From NCBI GenBank assembly GCA_964016885.1, contig OZ024741.1, forward strand, positions 309,566,001 to 309,630,000: a stretch of 64,000 bases of DNA. Reading direction: 5' to 3'. The first letter of the stretch is position 1. Every line of letters starts with the position of its first letter. This document shows, one piece after another, positions 38,029 to 49,200 of the stretch. Both the position numbers and the translations under genes were made by a program. The notes beneath the pieces were generated by a model. That model made no database searches. It saw only the letters and a program-made list of their open reading frames with translations, and had not been told where the DNA came from. The stretch is from Eledone cirrhosa. Taxonomy: Eukaryota.

Positions 38029-38180
38029 AAATTTTGGCGTCAAACTTTTCCTTTTGAAAGAAAAATGGCACCAAACTTTTCCTTTTGAAAGAATAATGTG
38101 ATTTGTCACGTGATTGTGTTCACGTGATATTACCTCTAAATATGTGAATACGTAGATACGTATTTTTTCCTTGTAAGTTC
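38029..38180. promoter_or_regulatory. Possible housekeeping or bidirectional promoter
   Basis: Duplicated TGGCxxCAAACTTTTCCTTTTGAAAGAA (E2F-like TTTTGGCG), two TCACGTGA E-boxes (38106, 38120) and a donor-like GTAAGT near 38173. Lies about 5 kb upstream of the ERMARD ATG exon. Motif evidence only. Confidence 0.3.
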
Positions 38181-38254
38181 GGAAAAATGATAAACTGGAA
38201 TAATTCTAAAATCGGGAAAAATTGTTATATCACTCAAATGATGCTATTGCATTG

Positions 38255-38410
38255 AGCCTCCTTTTCACACTTCCAGTATCGATGGAAAATGGTGAGAGTA
38301 GTTTCTCAAAGCTGAAGCTTATAAAATTTTACATTCACTCTACAATGTTGCAAGAGAGTTTTGCTGACTTGCATTTTAAACGATAATAAAGCGATTATTA
38401 ATCATTGAAA
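38255..38410 (+). pseudogene. hAT transposase C-terminal dimerization-domain remnant
   Basis: LFTLPVSMENGESSFSKLKLIKFYIHSTMLQES matches the hATC pattern TxPVxxxxxERSFSKLKLIKxYLRSTMxQERL. Confidence 0.75.
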
Positions 38411-39200
38411 GACTCAAAATGGAATACTATGGAATATTTTTACTTAGTCCGGATAAGAGTATACTATTTTCCATTACCGAGGGTATACTCTTAAGCGGAC
38501 TCGACTGTACCTGCGGGCTAGACCGAGGGGGGGGGGGAAGTCGGATCCCATCACAATATTCCCGTTCCATGATAGTAAGGCCCCTTCACCTGAGGGGCAA
38601 AGGTTGTTGTTTAGCCCTAGGTCAACCTTGACTAAACAACAGAATTCCATTATGATCAACGGTATTCCAGCCACGACCATCCCGTCGTTTTAGGTGTATC
38701 TAATAACTACATTATCGGACATCGTGTTCTTGCTTAATATTTTTTTAAGGTGGGTGGAAAGAATTGGCTGTTATTTCTAGCAAACTGAGTGCCCACATAG
38801 TATGTGTATATGGGGGAGGGGTATTTTAAAGTAAGGGAGTACAAGTGTTTGTGAAACATTTAACCATTTACATTATAAATTCAAATGTGTGGGTAGTTCT
38901 TGGTGATCGAACGAAAGGAACCGATACGAGATCCATTAATTCTGTATATATATATATATAAATTCTGTATATATATATATATAAACTCAGAAACACACAT
39001 ACAATAACGACGAGTACTACGATTCTGGAGGAGCGAATGATGGAGAAGATGAAGCTCTCTGCCGCAGAATAAATGGTATTTAATTTTAATAATAATACTA
39101 ATAATAATATATATATTTCTTAATTGAATTGATTATCATTATCGTTTTTATGGCAAAAGATAGACAGAGAGGGAAAGAGATAGACAGAGGGAAAGATTTT

Positions 39201-39252
<52 letters not shown>

Positions 39253-39625
39253 AGAAAGAAGAGAAAAAAACGAGACCCTTAGAAACGAATAAGAGTCATC
39301 AAAGCGATCATATGTATTGCTTTAAACTTTAATGCGAAGGGATACACTAGTATTTGAGGTACCATCATTTGGGATTTTAACCCTCGGACTTTTCCCTCCC
39401 GGTTTTGAAATTTAGGGAAAATTTAGGGGTGACTGGGAATATTACATAATGTAGGGATTTTCTTTTCCTTTTCTATCATTTCTTATTTATGTATTTATAT
39501 ATTTATTTATCTACTCTCGTGATTGATATTCCGACAAATGTTAGGGGTGTATTTTGGTTTTTTATTATGTTAGGTATAGCATCCAAAAATTTCTCCCTTC
39601 CCCCAATATATATATATATATACAA

Positions 39626-39710
39626 ACACAGTGTCCCAAAAAATGTATACACACTTCAACAGCAAAGTAATCAAAGTGTGTATATATTTTGGAGGGGACA
39701 CCGTGTGTAT
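39626..39710. mobile_element. Tiny Tc1/mariner-type MITE
   Basis: ACACAGTGTCCCAAAAAATGTATACACACTT is imperfectly inverted against AAGTGTGTATATATTTTGGAGGGGACACCGTGT, within a TA run. Confidence 0.55.
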
Positions 39711-39774
39711 ATATATATATATGTGTGTGTGTGTATGTGTAACTAGTAAAACTGTAAAAACGCAGCGGTATATT

Positions 39775-39967
39775 CTAATTTGGCCCTTTTAAGGGCCACC
39801 TATATTTTCATTTAAGTAACTCCACTTACATCTATATGCTTTAATAAAAAAAAAAAATTAAAAAATTCATTTAAGTAACTCCACTTACGCGTGGTAGTAA
39901 TACGGAAATAAACGATGTTTTGCTTTCATCGGCTGCTTCGACTGACAGCTAATAGCGTTGTAGTGCC
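39775..39967 (-). mobile_element. Inverted copy of the left end of the 9-360 element
   Basis: Reverse complement matches 9-36, ~70-113 and ~184-253. Confidence 0.85.
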
Positions 39968-39981
39968 CAATTATTATGTAA

Positions 39982-40460
39982 GGGCAGTGGATTGGGAGTA
40001 TCGATAGAGCGTCGGAAAACATGCTTTGCAGCATAGAGCTACATCCCTTTACGTTCTAAGTTCAAATCCCACTGAGGTTAGCTTTGCCTTTCATCCTTTC
40101 TGGGGGGGTCAATAAAATAAAGTACCAGTAACGCACTAGGGTCAATATAATCGATTTGCCCCTTCCTCAAAATTGTTGGCCATGTACTTTGGCAGTATTG
40201 GTAGAGGGTTGGACACCATGCTTTGACGTATAGAGTTACGGCCCTTGCCATTCTGAGTTCAAATCCCGCCAAGATTAACTTTGCCTTTCATCCTTACGGG
40301 GTCGATAAAATAAAGTACCAGTAATGCACTGGGTAATTGCTGGCCTTGTGCCTAAAGTAGAAACAATTATTTCTTGTTTCTTTACGTTCAAAGTTTCGCT
40401 GAAGTCAACATTGCCTTATCTGAATGGTGTCGAAAAAAAGTACCCTTTAAGTACTGGGAG
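39982..40460 (+). mobile_element. Tandem copies of a second tRNA-like SINE family
   Basis: GTTCAAATCCC...CTTTGCCTTTCATCC...ATAAAATAAAGTACCAGTAA occurs twice, plus a remnant. Reverse copies at 34215-34316, 41368-41541 and ~52910. Confidence 0.8.
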
Positions 40461-40544
40461 AAACACTTATCTTTATTTTGTGAATAAAATTAACAAAGTA
40501 AATAGAACATAAATTCTTCATATATCCACTGATGTAAAGCCTTT

Positions 40545-41135
40545 GATACATTATCAGTGCTGTATCCTGAAGTCACTTGGGAGTTTCAGGTTTCATAATA
40601 CCTTCATCCAGGTGACCCAGCCGAAGTTGGTTAAGCCTTTTTGTGCCCGAATGCCATACACTACTGACACAACCGGTCACTGCAGTCATAGCCATCCAGA
40701 TACCCTTTCTGCTGTTTCTGTATTGTCCCTAGTGGCTCTCCTCCTTGCTGCAGTAATGCCCAGAGTTCTGTAGGCTTTGCTAAGGGAACGAGCTGCAAAC
40801 CTTCAGCTTTCAACCTTCACTGGCAGGCACCTGGCCCTCTACCCTTTCCTGCATCAGCCCTCCACCAAATCTTGACATTTTGCTCTCTTCCTCTCCCATA
40901 TCTTCTCTATCCTCTTCTCCCAGGCAACAGTTAGCTCCACTAGGATGAACTGTCTTGGCACCTAATTTGTAAAAAGAAATTTTTAGAATCTTTTGTTTTT
41001 CTCGTAGGGGTGACATTTCCCTTTTTCTGAGTTGGGGTTTGTGTGTGGGAGGGTGGGGTGGAATGAAAAAGGTTAATTGAAGTTTCGATGTGGCAAGCCC
41101 CTTGATTCAGGAGGTTTTAACAGAATGCTGGGTTG
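40545..41135 (-). mobile_element. HERO/R2-group non-LTR remnant (restriction-like endonuclease 3' end)
   Basis: Minus strand reads ILVELTVAWEKRIEKIWERKRAKCQDLV...RARCLPVKV..FAARSLSKAYRTLGI..RRRA...AERVSGWL, the ELTVPWE...KY RLE signature. Confidence 0.7.
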
Positions 41136-41367
41136 ATGTATATATATATATTGTGAAGGAGCATTTCATGCCTAAATACTCCTGCGTCGAAGGTCACCAG
41201 TTTTAACAGGATGGATTTAAGAGTAGATGTATCACCACGAAGAATTGAGGTTAGGCTGTAAGTCTCTGGTTCTGCTGCATTTAAAGGCATTGCTGTGGTA
41301 ACAGCATCACAAGACTCTACAATATTTTTATGTTAGTCATATCGACAACAAGTAACATGATAATAAT

Positions 41368-41541
41368 TGTTTCTACTTTTTGGCACAAGGCCAGCAATTA
41401 TCCCAGTGTATTACTGGTACTTTATTTTATCGATCCCGTAAGGCAAAGTTAACCTCGGCGGGATTTGAACTCAGTCCGTAAAGGGACGTAACTGTGCTGC
41501 AAAGCATGGCGTCCGACCCTCTACCGATACTGCCAATCCAC
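41368..41541 (-). mobile_element. SINE (second family) with long TSD
   Basis: CAAGTAACATGATAATAAT is duplicated at 41349-41367 and 41542-41560. Confidence 0.85.
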
Positions 41542-42974
41542 CAAGTAACATGATAATAATGTCAACAAGAAGAATGTTTGTGAGATGAAATGTATGTTTA
41601 TTTTATTGTAGCACAAAGTAATGTTTGTTAAATTGTATGGTTGAAGTTAAACATAAAATGGTTACAAAAGGAATGTGGCATTGTGCCAGGCCAGCAGGTC
41701 AAAGTGCAAATCTCACCGTTACATTGTTTGTGTTGGTCCTTCGGCATTCAAGCAGCAAGAGAATAAGTGATCTTTACATTAACATGGTTAGGATGCAAGA
41801 GAGAGATTTCTCAAATAGACGCGGGAATTTCTCCCACTGGGCGCATAGGGATACATTCTCTTCTTCTGGCGCTGATTGGCTGAGCTGAGCCAAATCACTC
41901 ACGGAGAATGTATGTGAGCCCGCGGAATGTAGGTCACTACAAGGTTTTCATGGATTGTCATGTCCATCGACTGCTGGTCACTAATTATAAAACCAGCCCT
42001 AGGTGATGCTTGTGATATTACTTGGTTATTCCAAGCCCCTCAGCATCACTATATATTGCAGTAATGCTAAGTGTTTTGGGTTGCCTTCAACAGTTTTAGA
42101 AGAGACCACCAGCATTAACAGTTATAGTGTGTAATTAGGTTCAATTCAGTGTGGCAAGTGAAGCGACGTTGTATTCGGTGGACATGATAACCCATGAAAA
42201 CCACCTGAACCAAGAGGCTTGCCACATGTAAAAAAATATCTCATTCTTTGAATAATAATCATTAGAATATCAATAATAATCATTAGACTGAGGCACAGTC
42301 ATCAAGGACTTTTAGTCAGTCATATCAACTCAGTACTTTACAATAATGTCTATTTGCAGCCAGTTATTAGAAGTGTGCTTTTTGAAGATATACAATCTAT
42401 TTTAGAAGAAAAATATCAAAATTTATATTAATTAGCTATTAAGGTAAAATATACTATGCATGCTTATTTGAATATATAGCTATACTTATATGTGACTTGT
42501 GTATAGTATACATATTATCAGTATTATTATTGTCATCATTAGTCATATATTTATTGTGTGCTGTTGCTGCATTACTGAGCACAGCTTTATGTCCCTTGGG
42601 TGTGTGCAGTTTTGTTTTTGGTGTTTTCTCTAATGTCACTTTGTAATATGTGTTCCATGCCTACTAGTGCTATTTTCGCTATACTGTTTGGGTTATGATC
42701 TGTCTGTGTTGTTATTATTATTTGGTATATAGAATGCAGACAGAATTTGATATAAAAGAAATATTGTATATTCTACATCATATCCAATGAATTGAGTTTC
42801 TTGTTATGAATTCAATAACATCCCTCTGTGAGACATATGGTGAATAGGGACCACTTATGTATCCTAATCCATGAGAGTAAGATGGAATTAACTTTGCTCC
42901 TAATATCTTTCTGAAATGTTTATATTATGTGCATATACTGAATAAATACTATTTTCTACATTAATTTAACAGAA

Positions 42975-43143
42975 ATGGCTTCTATAGAAGATCATGAAAT
43001 TATTTCCATGGAAAGTTTCCTGTCTCCAGGTGTGTTCAGTGTGATATGTCATTTAGGTATCAGTGATATCCCAGATGATAGGTGTCTGCTAGATAATGGA
43101 TTTATTGATTGGAGCTATGTTGCCAACATTATACCAACCTCCT
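42975..43143 (+). CDS. ERMARD: ERMARD coding exon 1 (ATG)
   Basis: TTTAACAG|AAATG; [28 protein letters not shown]...[12 protein letters not shown]; |GTGAGT. Confidence 0.85.
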
Positions 43144-43190
43144 GTGAGTAGAAGCTTTCTCTTATTTTCACATTATTACTTCAATATTTT

Positions 43191-43280
<90 letters not shown>

Positions 43281-46200
43281 CATGAAATAGCAATGGTATC
43301 TACCAATGAGTAGCTGGTGATAGGAAGTTCCTTGTTTCTCTGTTCCTTTCTCTGTTCCTGGTGATATCCTTCTTATGTTCTCATTGCCTTCATTTTCATT
43401 TACTGTCTTGGTTTTGTATATCATCATCATCATTATTTAATGTCTATCTCCCATGCTTGCATGGGTTAGATGAGTTGTCACCTTATGTAACAAGTCAGGT
43501 CCGGAGACCACATCATGCTCATGCAGATCTGTATTTTGGCTTGGTTTCTACAGCTGGATGCCCTTCCTGATGCCAATCATGTTACAATTTGGACTGGATG
43601 CTTTTTATTGTGACACTGAAACAACCACCTAAGAGGGTGGACTGGGAGTTTTTTGTCATGTCATCAACACAACCACATTACAGGGTGGAGTGGGTGCTTT
43701 TTATCATTCCACCAACATGACCACCTTACAGGATTGACTGGATACTTTTCAAAGAGACCTGGAAATACTAACTACTATGAGAGGTAAATGAATATGCAGA
43801 ATAAGTGGGTGGAAGCGAGACTACTCCTAACTGACCCAAAAGAGGTACTAGCATTCAAATTGATAGTTTTAGGGTCAAAGAAGCCATCAAGGAGATGAAA
43901 AATGGCAAGGCATCTGGAACACCAGAGATTGTCACTGAGATGCTGAAATTGTCTAGGAAAGTATGAGCCGAATTAGTCACCTGCATAGTCAATCAGGTAA
44001 TGCAAGAAGGTCATACCCAATGACTGGCACAGCAGTATACTCATTAATTACTTCAAGGAAAAAGATGATGCTAAATAAAGGAGCAGCTACAGAGGATGGA
44101 CTGAGCTATGAAAGAGTCAAATTAGATGTGATGCAATTTGGTTTTGTGTCAGAGAGGAGCACCTTAGATACCCTCTTCTTAATGATGCAACTACAAGAGA
44201 AGTTCTTTACTGAAAGTCATTGGAGAAAGTCATTAACTGAACTAGCAGAAAAACCACCCTTCGGTGGTTTTTCTGCTAGCATGTGTAGTGTGCATATTGA
44301 TATTATATGCAAGTATATATGCATGTAGATATGATACATCAAATGAAATTGTAATTGACAATATACACAGAAATTGAACAAAGACTGTGTTACACTGTCT
44401 TATGTAATCCATGATACATTAACGTAATCCATGATACATTAAAAAAAGACGATATTATATATAAACTGCATTAGGAGAAAATTAGTGACAGAAATATATG
44501 AATGTTTATTTAAGCGATCGCTAACCAGAAGTGTTGACATTTGAAAATTTTAAAGAAGTGAATCTTAAAATAAGCAACAATATTATTTATATTTAATCAA
44601 GAATAACGAAAATTAGTAGATAAATTATGTAATATTCATTCATTATTTATTCAAAGTTATCCAACTTATTTTACAAACGGGATAAAAAAATATATTCTGG
44701 ACGCAGTCCCACACTCCTTACTTTATTATAGTTTAGATACCACAATCTTTCATTCCGTGGTCCTCAAGTAAAGTAGGTGTAGAAGAATGGTTTGTGAGAG
44801 CTATGCAAGCCATCTACAGAGGAGCTGTCAGTAAAGTGGGAATAGGTAATGAGTTTAATGAAAAATTCAGTGTGGAGGAAGGCATTCATCAGAGCTTGGT
44901 CATCATCCCATGTCTGTTTATTATAGTTCTCCATGCCATAGCAGGCTGTTTATGGGAATTTCTGATTTGGTTCTTTTAGCAGAGTCTATAGAAATGCTAA
45001 AGAAGAAATCCCAGTTATAGAAACAGAAATTATAAGGAAAAGGGCTTAGAATAAACTTGTAGAAAAGAAGTTGGGAGAAACTCTATGCAATGTCTAAAGT
45101 CTGTCTCAAGCCAGGGGACTCCTCAGGCCAGTGCTTATCAGGTTTCGTGGCGTGAAACAACTGAGAAATATATTATTAGTTTTACACTTGATAGAGGGAG
45201 GCACATGGCTTAGTGGTTAGAGCATTGGCTTTGCAATTGAAAGGTTGTGAGTTCAATTCTCAGACCGGGTGATGTGTTGTTTCCTTGAGCAAGACACTTT
45301 ATTTCACATTGCTCCAGTTTACTCAGCTGTAGAAATGAGATGATAGGACTGGGGTCCCTATCATTCCACTGCAAAGTGGTCGTGGAGGTGCCACGGCAAA
45401 AAAGCACCCAGCACTCACTGTAAATGAGGTTGGTGTTAGGAAGGGCATCCAGCTGTAAAAATCAAGCCAGAATCAGTTCCCGTCCCACCCTTGCAAGCAG
45501 GGAAAAGTGGACATAAAATGAAATGATGATGATGATGATGAGAGGGAATTTCTGGAGTGTCTGAAGAATCTGGACACTCGGAGACAATGCCAAAGATAAG
45601 GACAAATTCACCTCATGCTGCCGGACGAAAGGGCAAGGACTCCTCCTCTTTGTTTCGGCAGCGGATGGCCAACATAACCCCAACTCCATCCCCCCTCACC
45701 CGTCCCTGCACCCACCCACCGAACGCAATCCAAAACTTCAGAGTTGGTACCATGAATGTAGGCACCTTAAAAGGCCGCTCTAACGAAGTTGTAGAAATGC
45801 TTGAACGTAAGGAGGTTGATGTTTGCTGTATCCAAGAGACCAGGTAGAGGGGCGGGTCTGCTAGATTCATTGTGGGTAAAAAACGATGCTATAAGCTTTT
45901 CTGGGTGGGAAATGACAATGGGCTGGGTGGGGTAGGAATCATGTTAGCAGAAAAATGGGTGGATAAGATAATAGACGTAAATAGAGTGAATGACAGAATA
46001 ATTAAAATAAGACTTGTTCTAAATAGAACTACTGTGGCAGTAATATCTGCGTACACACCCCAATCCGGACTGCCCGGCACTATAAAAGACAGATTCTATG
46101 AGACACTGATGCTCACTACCTCCCAAATAACCGACAGTGACTATATAATTATTGCTGGCGACCTAAATGGTCACGTTGGACAACATTGTGACGGCTATGA

Positions 46201-49200
46201 CGGAATCCATGGAGGCTATGGGTTTGGTACTAGAAATGAGGAAGGCTCCAGAATCTTGGAATTCTGTGACGCAAATAACCTAACTATCTGTAACACTAAC
46301 TTCAAAAAACGAGACAATCACTTGATCACCTACAGATCAGAGGAACATACCAGCCAGGTAGATTATATCCTTACCAGAAGACGTGACAGAGTGTCTGTTG
46401 TAAACACTAAATCCCTCCCCCATGAAGAATGCACCTCCCAACATAGACTGATAATTAGTGACCTCATAGTCAGGAGGAGACGTACTCGACAACAGAAGAG
46501 GACTATCCTCAGGAGAAAAATATGGAAGCTAAAGGACCCCACAGCCAGTAATAAATTTAAAAGCATATTACTTGATGCTTTTGACAGTAAGGAAGAGCAA
46601 TTAGAGTCGTACAATATAGAAGAACAGTGGGAATTCCTGAAAGCAAACCTGCTGATGGCGGTAGATGAAGTCTGTGGCTGGAGCAGGCCTGTAGGCAGGA
46701 GGAGAGTAACATGGTGGTGGAACAGTAAGGTGGAGGGGTCAATTAAGGCCAAAAAGCAGGCTTGGAAAGTATGGCGGGATGGGGGAAGTAGAGAAGACTA
46801 TCAAGTGGCCAGGAGAGAAGCTAGGAGACAAGTGTACTTCGCAAGAAGGGAAGCAGAGGAAAGAAAGTTCAAGCATGTTCTACAACACGAGGACCAAAAG
46901 CGTGAGGTGTTCAGGATTGCTAGGCAATGTGTCAAGGAAAACCATGATATTGTCGGGGAGAAGTGTGTCCTTAATGAGGATGGTGTACTTGCCATCACTG
47001 ACGCTGATAAGAAGGTAGCTTGGAAGTGTCACTATGAAAGGCTACTAAGTGAGGAGAATAAATGGTCACACGGATAGTAAACCAAGTCATACAGAATGGG
47101 GTTGTTCCGAAGGACTGGCATAGCAGCATCATCATTAACTGCTACAAGGTAAAGGAGATGCCCTAGATAGGGGTAACTATAGAGGCATTAAATTAATCGA
47201 CCAGGTCATGAAGGTCACAGAAAAAGTAATAGCGCAACTAATCAGAGAGCGAATTGATCTAGATGAAATGCAGTTCGGTTTGTGTCAGGTAAAAGTACCA
47301 CAGACGCTCTTTTCATTGTACGACAACTACAGGAGAAGTACCTAGCTAAAAGTAAACCCCTATACTTAGCTTTTGTCGACTTGGAGAAAGCCTTTGACAG
47401 AGTCCCCCGTTCCATTATCTGGTGGGCTCTTAGAAAACTAGGTGTTGATGAATGGCTTGTGAGAGCTATACAAGCCATGTATAAAGAAACAGTCAGCAAG
47501 GTTAGAATTAACAACGAATATAGTTAAGAGTTTAGTGTAAAAGTTGGTGTTCATCAGGGCTCCGTTCTTAGCCCCCTACTATTTATTATTGTCCTTCAGG
47601 CTATAACAGTGGAGTTCAAGACCGGCTGCCCATGGGAACTCCTATACGCAGATGATCTAACGCTCATAGCTGAATCAATGGCTGAACTAGAGAAGAAATT
47701 CCAAACATGGAAGCATGGCCTAGAATCAAAAGGCCTTAAAATTAACCTGTCTAAGACTAAAGTTCTAGTTTGTAGGAAGGAAAATAGGACACCGGCCATG
47801 CTCAGTGTGTAGGAAAGGAGTAGGTAGAAACTCCATTTTATGTCCCAAATATAAAGTATGGGTGCATAAAAGATGTAGTATATAGAATATAGATTTTATA
47901 TGTGGCCGGTGCTTTGGTGCAATAAGTAGCAGCAAGTGCCCACAGAATACTAGCTCATTCCATTGCACAGATGGTTCTATAGAAATAGTGGACAACTTCC
48001 GTTACTTGGGTGACAAAATCAGCAGTGGTGGAGGGTGCTCTGAAAGTACAGTAGCTAGAGTCAGAACTGGATGGAAAAAGTTCAGAGAGCTTATACCACT
48101 ATTAGCCGCTAAAGGGTTCTCTCTAAAAATGAAAGGCAGGCTGTATGATGCCTGCATACGAACAGCAATGTTACATGGCAGTGAGACCTGGGCATTGTGT
48201 GCAGAGGATATACGCAGACTGGAGAGGAACGAAGCTTGCATGCTCCGCTGGATGTGTAATATACGTGATATACGTGAACGGCAAAGCATAAACAAACTAA
48301 GGGAAAAATTAGAAATAAGAGGGATCAGATGTTGTTTACTCGAGAGAAGACTACGTTGGTATGGTCACGTGATGCGCATGAAAGACGACAGCTGTATAAA
48401 AAAGTGCAGGGCAATAAAAATAGACAGTAGCCACGGCGTAGGCAGACCCAGAAAAACCTGGGACAACTTGATAAATTCAGACCTCACACACTTACACCTC
48501 TCCAAGACAATGTCACTGGACTGAGACCTTTGGCGGTACTCAGTAATAGAGAAGACCCGCCTTACCTAAATACAAAGTAAAACCTACTACAGTCAGTAGG
48601 CACCTCTAACAAAAATACACTCCCGTCCCACTACCCCCACCCCATCCACACCACCCCTTTCAATGTAAAGTTATGTTGGTACCACAACATCCAGTCCGAA
48701 ACAAATGAGGTCGTGTAGGTGTCACGACAAAAAAACACACAGTCCACGCTGTAATGTGGCCGTGTAGGTAACACGGTAAAAACCTCCCAGTCCACACTGT
48801 AAACGTGGTTGGTGTTAGGAAGGCCATCCAGCCGTAGAAAACCCGTCAGACAGTCCTATGCGAGCAAGACAACCACTCTTGCCTCAAGTGGGAAAACTCC
48901 TGTCCAAACCCGTGCAAGCGTGGAAGATGGATGTTAAACGATGATGATGAGAGTAAGAAATGAGTCTTAACGTTTCAGATGTGAGTCCTTCATCAGAAAA
49001 TAGAATGAGAAATTAAAGAGCAGAAAGATAGAGGAAAGTGGGCAGTGGCAGAAATGAAAAAAAATTTCTTAGATAAAAAACAGGTCTATTCAAGTCTCTC
49101 TCTCTCTCTCTCTCTCTCTCATGCATATAAATATTTATAATCGTTATTTCTGTTGTGTGTTATCAGCAAAAGAAGATCCAGCAGAGCACTACAGAAATAT

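Larger units (their letters stand above)
9..39967. mobile_element. Putative ~40 kb composite/macro DNA transposon bounded by 28-bp TIRs and an 8-bp TSD
   Basis: GGCACTACAACGCTATTAGCTGTCAGTC at 9-36 and its exact reverse complement at 39940-39967. CAATTATT directly precedes (1-8) and follows (39968-39975). Subterminal blocks (AACATCGTTTATTTCCGTATTACTACCACGCGTAAGTGGAGTT; GAGTTACTTAAATGAAAATATAGGTGGCCCTTAAAAGGG) are also inverted at ~39775-39920. No matching transposase seen inside. Confidence 0.5.

Noticed and set aside
38991-39076. GC-richer exon-like stretch (KHTYNNDEYYDSGGANDGEDEALCRRIN)
   Set aside because: Could be a 5' UTR exon or another gene's exon, but the donor is weak and I recognise no homology.
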